Of a stretch of 35,328 bases of DNA, positions 18,318-26,954 are shown in pieces. Numbering within the stretch: position 1 is the stretch's first letter; each line of letters opens with the position of its first letter. This stretch comes from Acidobacteriota bacterium (lineage in GTDB: Bacteria; Acidobacteriota; Vicinamibacteria; Vicinamibacterales; 2-12-FULL-66-21). Where the stretch lies: NCBI GenBank assembly GCA_003223835.1, contig QHWR01000141.1:8187-43514 (forward strand), given 5' to 3'. The notes below the pieces were generated by a model. It had not been told where the DNA came from and made no database searches. It saw only the letters and a program-made list of their open reading frames with translations. Made by a program: the position numbers and the translations under genes.

Positions 18318-20750
18318 ATGTGGTTTGACGATGTTCGTCGGGACGTCGCCTATGGCCTGCGTACGTTGACGAAGACGCCGGGCTTCACGATCGTCGCCAT
18401 CGTGACGCTCGCGCTCGGCATCGGCGCAGCCACGGTCATCTACAGCGTCCTCCGTAACGTGGTGCTCGATCCGTTTCCGTACACGCGTTCGGACCGCATG
18501 GTCAACGTCGTCCTGTGGGATGCGTCGGGCCGGCAGTTCCGCGGTCCGTACTTTCCGGCGGCCGAGTTCCTGGATTACCAGGAGCACACGCAGGTGTTCG
18601 AGGATGTCGTCGGCACCAGCCTCGAGCCGATGCAGTGGGTCCACGATGCGGGCGCGGAACGGCTGATGATCGCGTGGATGACGCCGAACGGCTTCACGTT
18701 CCTCGGGGTGCCGCCGATGCTGGGCCGTGTGTTCGGCGACGCGGATGCCGCGCCGAATGCGCCGCCTGTCGCCGTCATGAATCATCGCGCGTGGGTGCGG
18801 GTCTTCGCGGCGGACCCTGCTGTCGTGGGGCGCACGCTCATGCTCAATGGCCAGCCCAGGATCGTCATCGGCGTGATGCCTCCGAGGTTCGAATGGAACA
18901 TCGCGGATCTCTGGCTTCCGGCGGCGATGAGCCGCAGTGACGATCCCCAGTCGGCACGCGGCACGCGCGCCTTTCAGGCGCACCTCAGGCCGGGCGTTTC
19001 GATCGAGGCGGCGGAAGCACAGCTCGACGTCGTCGCGGCCCGTCGAGCCGCGGAGCATCCGAACGACTATCCGCCGCATTACCGCATGGGAGTCATCACG
19101 GTCATCAACTGGGTCGTCCGCGAATTTCGGGGCGTCTTGTACACGCTCTTCGGAGCCGTGAGCCTCCTCCTCGTGATCGCCTGCTGCAACGTGGCGAACA
19201 TGCTGCTCGCGCGCGGGATGACCCGCGAGCGGGAAATCAGCATTCGCGCCGCCCTCGGCGCCAGCCGCGGACGCATCGTCCGTCAGCTCCTGGTGGAGAG
19301 CGCGCTGCTGGCGTTTGCCGGCCTTGTCGCGGGCTGCCTGCTGGCGTACGCCGGCATCGCGGCATTGGCCGGATACATGCCGCGACAAGGCGTGCCGTGG
19401 GAGACCCAGATCCGGCTGGACCGGCCGATTCTGGTGTTCGCGCTCATCGCCGCATCGGTGGCGACATTGAGCTTCGGCCTGTTCCCCGCGCTCCAGAGCG
19501 CGCGACGCGACCTCGTCGCGGGCACCAACATCGGCGGAAGAGGCACGGCCGGCCGGCGGCAAAAACGGCTGCGCGGCGGCCTGGTCGTCGCGCAGGTCGC
19601 GCTGTCGATTGTTCTGCTGCTGGGCGCGGGCGTTCTCACGCGGACGTTCGTGAAGCTTGCCAATGTCGATCTGGGTTTCAACCCCGGAAATCTGCTCGTG
19701 ACCGGCGTGGCGTTTCCGCCGCGTCAGAACGCGTCGCCGGCCGACCAGCTGCGTTTCTACCGCCAGGCCGTCGAGCGGATTGGATCGACTCCGGGAGTCC
19801 GGGCGGTCGCCATCGCGAACTACCCGGCGCCGTTCGCCGCGATGTCGAGCATGTTGCAGATTCCAGGGCTCGCGGTCCCGCCGGAGTCGTCAGTTCTCGT
19901 GACGTTCTGCAGCGAACGTCTGCTCGATACCGTAGGTGTTCCTCTGGTGCGGGGCCGTCAACTCTCCGCGGTGGACGTGGAGCAATCGCACCACGTGGCG
20001 ATTGTGAACGAGACGTTGGTGAAACGATATTTCGGCTCGGGTGAACCACTCGCGCGAACCGTGCGGCTGGCGCGGCTGGCGACGCTGCCCGTCCCGGTGA
20101 TCGATCCCACCTTCGAAATCGTGGGTGTCGCGCGCGATATCTCCAATCAAGGGCCCCGCGACGTCCCGGCGCCTCAGGTGTTCGTCCCCTTCACATTGCG
20201 CGGTCCCACTGGACTCGGTTTCGTGGCCCGTACGTCGAGCGACCCGATGCGCCTGATCGATGCGGTACGTCGTGAGATCCAGGCTGTCGACAGGCAAGTC
20301 GCGCTGGTGAACCCCGAACCGCTGGAGAGCCTGCTGCAACGCGCGTTCTACGCGCGGCCGAGGTTCAGCCTGCTCGTGCTCGGGATATTCGCGTGCACGG
20401 GAATCGTCCTGGTTGGCTTCGGCGTGTACGGCGTCCTGGCATACACCGTGTCGCAGCAGTCCCGGGAGATTGCGATTCGCATCGCGCTCGGCGGCGCGCG
20501 GGCCGATGTGATTCGGATGGTGCTTCGCATGGGATTGACCTTGATCGGGATCGGCCTGGTGGTCGGCCTTGCGATCAGCGCCGCAACGAATCGACTGCTC
20601 GTGAGTCAGTTGTGGAATACGTCGCCGCACGATCCCCTGACGCTCACGCTGACGGTTGTCGTGGTGTGCGCGGTCGGTCTCCTCGCCTGCTGGATCCCGG
20701 CGCGCCGCGCCATACGGATCGAGCCAATCGTCGCGCTTCGACACGAGTAG
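18318..20750 (+). CDS. ABC transporter permease, ADOP type (duplicated MacB/FtsX)
   Basis: TLALGIGA, LLVIACCNVANMLLAR, REISIRAALGA, REIAIRIALGA, PARRAIRIEPIVALRHE; AGGAGG RBS before ATG 18318. Confidence 0.95.
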   Translation: MWFDDVRRDVAYGLRTLTKTPGFTIVAIVTLALGIGAATVIYSVLRNVVLDPFPYTRSDRMVNVVLWDASGRQFRGPYFPAAEFLDYQEHTQVFEDVVGTSLEPMQWVHDAGAERLMIAWMTPNGFTFLGVPPMLGRVFGDADAAPNAPPVAVMNHRAWVRVFAADPAVVGRTLMLNGQPRIVIGVMPPRFEWNIADLWLPAAMSRSDDPQSARGTRAFQAHLRPGVSIEAAEAQLDVVAARRAAEHPNDYPPHYRMGVITVINWVVREFRGVLYTLFGAVSLLLVIACCNVANMLLARGMTREREISIRAALGASRGRIVRQLLVESALLAFAGLVAGCLLAYAGIAALAGYMPRQGVPWETQIRLDRPILVFALIAASVATLSFGLFPALQSARRDLVAGTNIGGRGTAGRRQKRLRGGLVVAQVALSIVLLLGAGVLTRTFVKLANVDLGFNPGNLLVTGVAFPPRQNASPADQLRFYRQAVERIGSTPGVRAVAIANYPAPFAAMSSMLQIPGLAVPPESSVLVTFCSERLLDTVGVPLVRGRQLSAVDVEQSHHVAIVNETLVKRYFGSGEPLARTVRLARLATLPVPVIDPTFEIVGVARDISNQGPRDVPAPQVFVPFTLRGPTGLGFVARTSSDPMRLIDAVRREIQAVDRQVALVNPEPLESLLQRAFYARPRFSLLVLGIFACTGIVLVGFGVYGVLAYTVSQQSREIAIRIALGGARADVIRMVLRMGLTLIGIGLVVGLAISAATNRLLVSQLWNTSPHDPLTLTLTVVVVCAVGLLACWIPARRAIRIEPIVALRHE

Positions 20751-20791
20751 CTTGACGTCGAGCACCCGGGCGAGACACGCTGCTCCGGTCG

Positions 20792-23700
20792 ATGCGGCCG
20801 GTTGCCCTCGGCGTTGTGCTCGTGTGGGCGCTGCGCGCGCTGACGGTCGCGCCCGGGACGGCCGTACGCGTCTGGGAGGACTCTGTCGAGCTGCCGACGT
20901 ACGCGGAAGGGGCACCCAATCCGAATCCGCCGTTCGATCTGTTTTCGTTCACAAGGTTCAACTATCCCTACACGCTGCGTGACGCGCTGACCGACCGCCG
21001 CACGGCTCAGCGATGGCGAGCGCTCCATCTCGAGAACGAGTATCTGAGGGTGACCGTCCTGCCCGATATCGGCGGCCATCTCTACAGTTGTGTCGACAAG
21101 GTGAGCGGCCGCGATCTGTTCTACGCCAATCCGTCGATCAAGAAAGCGCTCATCGGGTACCGCGGGGCGTGGGCGGCATTCGGGATCGAGTTCAACTTCC
21201 CGGTCTCGCACAACTGGATGTCCATGTCGCCGGTCGATTTCGCCACGCGTTCGGCCGCGGACGGCAGCGGATCGATCTGGGTCGGCAACACCGACGCGGT
21301 CTACGGCTCATCGTGGCGTGTCGAATTGCGTCTGCGGCCAGGCCGCTCGGTACTCGAGCAGGCCGTCACGCTGCACAACCCTACGGATACACGACATCGC
21401 TACTACTGGTGGACGAACGCGGCGGTGGAGGTCTGGGACGACTCCCGGCTCGCGTACCCGACGCAGTTCATGGCGACACACGGATTCACGCACGTGCAGC
21501 CCTGGCCGATCGACGAGTCCGGCCGTGACCTCAGCGTGATCCGGAATCAGACGACCGGCCCGGTATCGCTGTTCACGTACGGCACGCGTGAACCGTTCGT
21601 CGGTGTCTACCATCCCCACACGTCGACGGGTACGGTCCACATCGCGTCGCCGGCGGAGCTGCCCACGCACAAGGTGTGGTCGTGGGGCTTTGATGCCGAG
21701 GCGATGGATTGGCGCCGCGCGTTGTCCGACAACAACAGCGCGTACGTCGAGCTGCAGGCGGGGCTGTTCCGGAATCAGGAGACGTACGGATTTCTCGAGC
21801 CGCAGGACACCGTGCGCTTCACCGAGTACTGGCTGCCCGTCCGCGCGATTGGCGGCATCACGCGCGCGACGCTCGACGCGGTGTTCAATGCGCTGCGCGT
21901 TGACGGCGGCTCGCGCCTGTCGCTCGGCGTCAACGTCACGCACGATCTGCAGAACGCGCGCGTGCGTGTGCGGCAGGACGAGCGCACGCTGCTCGACGCC
22001 GCCGTCACGCTGTCGCCGCGCGAGGATTGGCGGCAGACGGTCGATGGCTTGCGCGGACCGTCGCCGTGGACCTTCGAGCTCCTCGACGCGTCGGGCCATT
22101 TGCTGCTCGCTCACACGGAAGGCCGATATGACGTCGTCCCGCCCGAGCGAGTACGCGTGGGACCGCAGCCTGCCTACCGTTACCCGCTGATCGATCAGCG
22201 GCACGCGCAAGACGTCGTCGAGCTGGGGCGCGAGCAGGAGCTGAATGGACAGCGGCTGGCGGCGCTCGCAACCTATCGCGAAGGTCTCGGCAGATTCGCG
22301 GACAGCGTCGAGCTGAACAAGGCCGCGGGACGTCTGGCGTCGGCGCTGCACTGGCCGGAAGCCGCCGCGGTGACGACCCCGATGGAGACATCCCGGCCGG
22401 TGCGCTGGCTGACGAAGGCCCATCTGCGCGACACCACCGATGCAGAGACGCGCTACTACCTCGGTCTCGCGCTCGCGGCCGCGGGTCAGACCGACGAGGC
22501 GCGTCAACACTGGGAGGCGGCGCAGCGCTTCCGTGAAACGCGTGCGGCGTCGCTCCTGCAGCTCGCGCGTCTGGCGGCCCGCGAGCGGGACTTCGAATCT
22601 GCTGTCGCCGATCTCGAGACGCTCGTCTCGCGCGAACCCGACGCGTCGTTCGCAGGCGCGCTCCTCGTCTCCTGCCTCCGTCTCGCCGGACGCCGTCCCG
22701 CGGCGCAAACCCGGCTCGCGCACTGGCAGGACGTCGATCCGACCAGCAACCTCCTGCGTTACGAGAACACAAAGCTCAATGGCGGGAAGCCCGACGACGG
22801 TTTGTGGAAACACCTCGCGGCCGATCCGAACCGCATCCTGGATCTGTTCGATCAGTACGCGGCGCTCGGGGACTGGACGGACGCGAGCGATCTGCTGGAT
22901 CGCGAGTACCCGAGTGTCGACGAGCCGCTGCGCGAGCCGGGCGTCGTCTCTCCGGCGCAGCATGTCCTGCTCGCGTACTATCGCGCGTTCGCGCACGAGC
23001 GCCGGGGACTGGACGCCAAATCCGACTATCGACACGCGTCCGCGCTGCCAACCGCGTACGTGTTTCCGAGCCGCGCATCCACCTACGGCGTCCTGAACGC
23101 CGCGTTGCGCGCCAACCCGGATGACGCGACCGCGCGGTTCCTGCTCGGCTCGCTCTATCTGTCCTGCGGTCTCGTCGACGAGGCGATCGTCGAATGGCAA
23201 CAAACGCGGGCGGTCGCGCCCGGGATCGCGACGCTTCATCGCAACCTCGGGCTTGCGCTGTTGCTCGAGCACGACGACACCGGAGAGGCGCGGCGTGTGT
23301 TCAGCGAGGGCGTCGCGCATGACGCCCGAAATGTCGAGATCTACGAAGGACTCGATCGCGTGATGAGCCTGCAGGGCGCGCCGGCCGCAGACCGCGTGGC
23401 CGCGCTGCGCCGTTATCCGTCGCCGTCCGACATGCCGCCGGGCCTCGTCTTCAAGCTGGCGCTCGCGCTCGCCGAGCAAGGGGACGGCGAGGCGGCCGAG
23501 GCCTTGTTCCGGAACCGTTTCTTTCCGCGAGAGGAGGGCGGAACGAGCGTGCGCACCGTGTTCGCGCAGGTGCGTCTGCGTCGAGCGGAGACGGCTTCGC
23601 GCCAGCAGCGCTGTCCGGAGGCGTTGCGCATCGTCGATTCGTTCGACAGCGAGACGCCGGGGCTGGCGTTCACGCGCGGCGGCCTTGGCGACGTGCTGCA

Positions 23701-24100
23701 GCCCGCGCTCATGCAGCGGCAGCTTGCCGCGATTGAGTCCGCATGCGGGCGGGACGCGGACGCGCGGCGGCGCCTCGCCAGAATCATGCAGGCGGGTTCC
23801 GGCTCCGGGCCGCTCCAGGTCGCGCTCGCGTTCGAAGCGGCGCGGACGCTCGGCACAGCCGACGCCGCTGCCTGGCGTCCACGATTGACCGCGGCCCTTG
23901 ACGCCGCGCTGCAAGCCATCCAGTCAGGCACGAGCGGCTCGCCCGGCACGTTGTATCTGGCGGCGGGGTTCCTGTCGCGCGCGCTCGGCAGCGAGCCGGA
24001 GGCGGCGCGCGCGTTCGGCGAGGTGTTCAGGCTTCCGGATCGGAATCTGTCGCACTACTTCGCGAGGGCGGCGCTCGCGGAGCGTCCCGGAGGGCGGTAA
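20792..24100 (+). CDS. DUF5107 domain + TPR protein
   Basis: Signal-like N-terminus; LENEYLRVTVLPDIGG, GIEFNFP, YYWWTNAAV, KVWSWG, YVELQAG, FTEYW, then TPR repeats. Confidence 0.85.
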   Translation: MRPVALGVVLVWALRALTVAPGTAVRVWEDSVELPTYAEGAPNPNPPFDLFSFTRFNYPYTLRDALTDRRTAQRWRALHLENEYLRVTVLPDIGGHLYSCVDKVSGRDLFYANPSIKKALIGYRGAWAAFGIEFNFPVSHNWMSMSPVDFATRSAADGSGSIWVGNTDAVYGSSWRVELRLRPGRSVLEQAVTLHNPTDTRHRYYWWTNAAVEVWDDSRLAYPTQFMATHGFTHVQPWPIDESGRDLSVIRNQTTGPVSLFTYGTREPFVGVYHPHTSTGTVHIASPAELPTHKVWSWGFDAEAMDWRRALSDNNSAYVELQAGLFRNQETYGFLEPQDTVRFTEYWLPVRAIGGITRATLDAVFNALRVDGGSRLSLGVNVTHDLQNARVRVRQDERTLLDAAVTLSPREDWRQTVDGLRGPSPWTFELLDASGHLLLAHTEGRYDVVPPERVRVGPQPAYRYPLIDQRHAQDVVELGREQELNGQRLAALATYREGLGRFADSVELNKAAGRLASALHWPEAAAVTTPMETSRPVRWLTKAHLRDTTDAETRYYLGLALAAAGQTDEARQHWEAAQRFRETRAASLLQLARLAARERDFESAVADLETLVSREPDASFAGALLVSCLRLAGRRPAAQTRLAHWQDVDPTSNLLRYENTKLNGGKPDDGLWKHLAADPNRILDLFDQYAALGDWTDASDLLDREYPSVDEPLREPGVVSPAQHVLLAYYRAFAHERRGLDAKSDYRHASALPTAYVFPSRASTYGVLNAALRANPDDATARFLLGSLYLSCGLVDEAIVEWQQTRAVAPGIATLHRNLGLALLLEHDDTGEARRVFSEGVAHDARNVEIYEGLDRVMSLQGAPAADRVAALRRYPSPSDMPPGLVFKLALALAEQGDGEAAEALFRNRFFPREEGGTSVRTVFAQVRLRRAETASRQQRCPEALRIVDSFDSETPGLAFTRGGLGDVLQPALMQRQLAAIESACGRDADARRRLARIMQAGSGSGPLQVALAFEAARTLGTADAAAWRPRLTAALDAALQAIQSGTSGSPGTLYLAAGFLSRALGSEPEAARAFGEVFRLPDRNLSHYFARAALAERPGGR

Positions 24101-25878
24101 TGCGCGCTCGTTTCCTCTTCTTCGCGTTGTTCATCTTCGCCCGCGTCGCCTCTGCCGACGGCGCGGTCCGCGCGATCTGGGCCGTCAACGACGGCGAGAA
24201 AGTCGATCGCGACGATCGCCAGCATCCGGCGCGCGCCGGCAACTCCGCATGGGACGGACGTCGCGTGCTGATCTTTGGCGCGCGCAACGAGATCGTCGCG
24301 GTGCAGCTGATCGTGCAGGCAGACGAGGAAGGAATCACGCGGTTGAACGTGTCGCTCCCCGAGCTGAAGACGACAGGAGGCGGCCGCATCGTGTATCGCG
24401 CGCCTGCCGTCGATCCAACGGACAGCGCCGATCGTCCCATCCAGATCTTCGTCGAACATTACATGCACGTCTCGGTCGCGTCGCACGCCGATTGGGTTTT
24501 CGCGCCTCGCTCACCGGCGGCCCCGCGCGATCCGACCGGGTGGAAGCCGGTGCAGCTCGTTCCGGAACGTGCCCGTTCGGACCGCGGCGGATTGCCGATC
24601 CGGGTGAGACCAACCCACAACCAGCCGATCTGGATCGAGATCTACACCGGACGCGATCGTCCTGCCGGCATCTATCGCGGCACGATCGACATCGATACGG
24701 ACGGAAAACAGCACCGTCTGCCGATCGAGCTGGAGCTGTTCGACTTCGCGCTGCCTGACGAGAACAGCATGCACGCGATGATCTACTACGAGGGCAGCCA
24801 GGTCGAGCGCTATCAGGGACGTAATCTGGACGCGGCCTACCATCGCTTTGCGCATCGCCATCGGATCGAGCTGGTGCACGCGTACGACGAGCCAAGCGTA
24901 CAAGCGGCTGCGGGCCGTTTCTCCGGAGAGGACTTCACGCGCGCCCACGGTTACGAAGGGCCCGGCGAGGGCGTGGGCAACGTCATCGTCCCGCGGTCGT
25001 TCTACGGGCCGGGCGATGCATTCGATGACAGAACGCAGGCCTGGCGGCGTGCCGACGAGTGGATGACGTTCCTGCGCGCGCGGCTGCCGCACGCGCTCAC
25101 GTTCCTCTACATGCCCGACGAGCCGCGCCCGCCGCAATACCCGCGCATTCTCGCGCTTGCGGAAAACGTGCACTCGAATCCGGGACCGGGCCGTGCGTTG
25201 CCCGTGTTGGTGACGAGCCGGTACGTCGCGGCGCTCGACCAGGCCATCGACATCTGGTGCGCGGGGCCCCAGGGCTTCAAGGTCGATCGCGCCGCGCGCG
25301 AGCGCGCCCGCGGGCGGCAGTTCTGGGTCTACAACGGCGGGCGCCCCGCCGGCGGCGCGATCGTCATCGACGCGCCCGCAACGGACGCGCGCGCCATGCT
25401 GTGGGCCGCGTTCAAGCACGAGGTGCCCGTGTACTTCTACTGGCACGCGGTCCACTGGCACCACAACTCGCAGAAGCAGGGGGAGCGGGATCAGAACGTC
25501 TGGGCGGAGAGCATCACGTTCGATAATCGCGGGCAGCCGAACAAACCGGTCGACGACCAGGGCTACATCAATGGCGACGGCGTGCTCCTCTATCCAGGCG
25601 AAGAGAAGCTGCACCCTCAGGAAGACCGCGGGGTTCCGGGTCCGATCGCGACGATCCAGCTGGCCAACCTGCGCCGCGGCCTGCAGGATCATCAGTACTT
25701 GACGATGGCGAGGCGCCTGGGCCTGAAGGCTGAAGTCGACGCGGCGGTGCAGGCGATCGTCCCGCGAGTGTTCTCCGAGGCCGGTGCATCGGTCAGCTTT
25801 CCGGAAACCGGCGATCCGTACGAGAAGATGCGTCTTTCGCTCGCGCGCGCCATCGTGGCCGCGCAATCGCGCCGCTAG
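24100..25878 (+). CDS. Secreted DUF4091-domain protein (GH123-like putative glycoside hydrolase)
   Basis: Signal peptide; GARNE, PAGIYRGTI, YMPDEP, NGDGVLLYPG, QLANLRRGLQDHQYL. TAATG stop/start overlap with the upstream gene. Confidence 0.8.
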   Translation: MRARFLFFALFIFARVASADGAVRAIWAVNDGEKVDRDDRQHPARAGNSAWDGRRVLIFGARNEIVAVQLIVQADEEGITRLNVSLPELKTTGGGRIVYRAPAVDPTDSADRPIQIFVEHYMHVSVASHADWVFAPRSPAAPRDPTGWKPVQLVPERARSDRGGLPIRVRPTHNQPIWIEIYTGRDRPAGIYRGTIDIDTDGKQHRLPIELELFDFALPDENSMHAMIYYEGSQVERYQGRNLDAAYHRFAHRHRIELVHAYDEPSVQAAAGRFSGEDFTRAHGYEGPGEGVGNVIVPRSFYGPGDAFDDRTQAWRRADEWMTFLRARLPHALTFLYMPDEPRPPQYPRILALAENVHSNPGPGRALPVLVTSRYVAALDQAIDIWCAGPQGFKVDRAARERARGRQFWVYNGGRPAGGAIVIDAPATDARAMLWAAFKHEVPVYFYWHAVHWHHNSQKQGERDQNVWAESITFDNRGQPNKPVDDQGYINGDGVLLYPGEEKLHPQEDRGVPGPIATIQLANLRRGLQDHQYLTMARRLGLKAEVDAAVQAIVPRVFSEAGASVSFPETGDPYEKMRLSLARAIVAAQSRR

Positions 25879-25882
25879 CGTT

Positions 25883-26005
25883 TCTTCCGCCTGAAGGCGG
25901 AAGCCACAGATCTTCTTTGAGTGTGTGGCGTCCGCCTTCAGGCGGAGGTTAGCGATCTTCGTTGAGTGTGTGGCGTCCGCCTTCAGGCGGAGGTTAGCGA
26001 TCTTC
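25883..26005. repeat. REP-like cluster: one reverse palindrome plus two identical 44-bp direct repeats carrying forward copies
   Basis: cttccgcctgaaggcggaagccac at 25884-25907; ttgagtgtgtggcgtccgccttcaggcggaggttagcgatcttc at 25917-25960 and 25962-26005. Confidence 0.9.
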
Positions 26006-26946
26006 CGCCGCGTGACCAGACGCGAGAGACGATCACGATCGAGTCTCCCGTGATGTTCGATACGCCCGAGGCGGACCGGATCCTGACGACGATGCAGGTG
26101 TTTCCGCCGGACAATCCGTGGAACGAGAACATCGCCGATCGGCCCGTCGATCCGATGTCGGACGCGATCGTCGGCAGCATCGGACGCGACGGGCGGCTTG
26201 GGTTCAACCTCGACATGAACTTCGTCATCGTGCCGCCGAACCAGCCGCGCGTGCCGGTGCGCGTCCTGCTGTATCCGGAGGAATCGGACCCGGGCCCGTT
26301 TCCGATTCCCGACACCGCGCCGATCGAGAACTGGCCGTTGACGCACAACGAAGATCGCGGCGCGCTGCCGAAGCCGGGCATGACGCTCGCGCAATTCCAG
26401 CGAGAGGGCTCGGGCGATCGGCATCTGATCGTGGTCGATCCCGTCAACGGCCGGCTGCACGAGTTCTGGCAGGCGCGGCGCACGGAGAACGGATGGCAGG
26501 CGTCGCAGGCCTCGACGTTCGATCTCACGTCGAACCGGCTGCGGCCCGAACGGTGGACGTCCGCGGACGCCGCCGGCCTGCCGATCTTTCCGGCGGTCGT
26601 CCGGTTCGACGAGGTGTCGCGCGGGCTCGTGCGGCACGCCCTGCGCGTCACCGTCCGCCGCACGCGCCGCGCGTACGTCTATCCGGCGCGCCACTTCGCC
26701 AGTCAGCACACCGACGCCGCGCTGCCCCGGATGGGTGAGCGCCTGCGCCTGCGGCGCGACTTCGACGTCGCCGCGTTTCCGCCGCACGCGCAGGCGATTC
26801 TGCGGGGGTTGCAGCAGTACGGCATGTTCGTCGCCGACAACGGCGCCAACTGGCTCTTGTCGATTGCGCCCGACCGCCGGATCCAGGGGCTCGACTCGCT
26901 CGCGCGGGTCAAAGGATCCGATTTCGAGGTCGTGGGCGCGAAATAG
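25966..26946 (+). CDS. Conserved hypothetical protein (FPPDNPWN...HALR...YGMFVADNG type); start uncertain (GTG 25966 in repeat, or ATG 26053)
   Basis: GC3-biased ORF with ordered motifs GDRHLIVVD, WTSADAAGLP, RMGERLRL. Function not recognised. Confidence 0.8.
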   Translation: MCGVRLQAEVSDLPPRDQTRETITIESPVMFDTPEADRILTTMQVFPPDNPWNENIADRPVDPMSDAIVGSIGRDGRLGFNLDMNFVIVPPNQPRVPVRVLLYPEESDPGPFPIPDTAPIENWPLTHNEDRGALPKPGMTLAQFQREGSGDRHLIVVDPVNGRLHEFWQARRTENGWQASQASTFDLTSNRLRPERWTSADAAGLPIFPAVVRFDEVSRGLVRHALRVTVRRTRRAYVYPARHFASQHTDAALPRMGERLRLRRDFDVAAFPPHAQAILRGLQQYGMFVADNGANWLLSIAPDRRIQGLDSLARVKGSDFEVVGAK

Positions 26947-26954
26947 CCATCACC

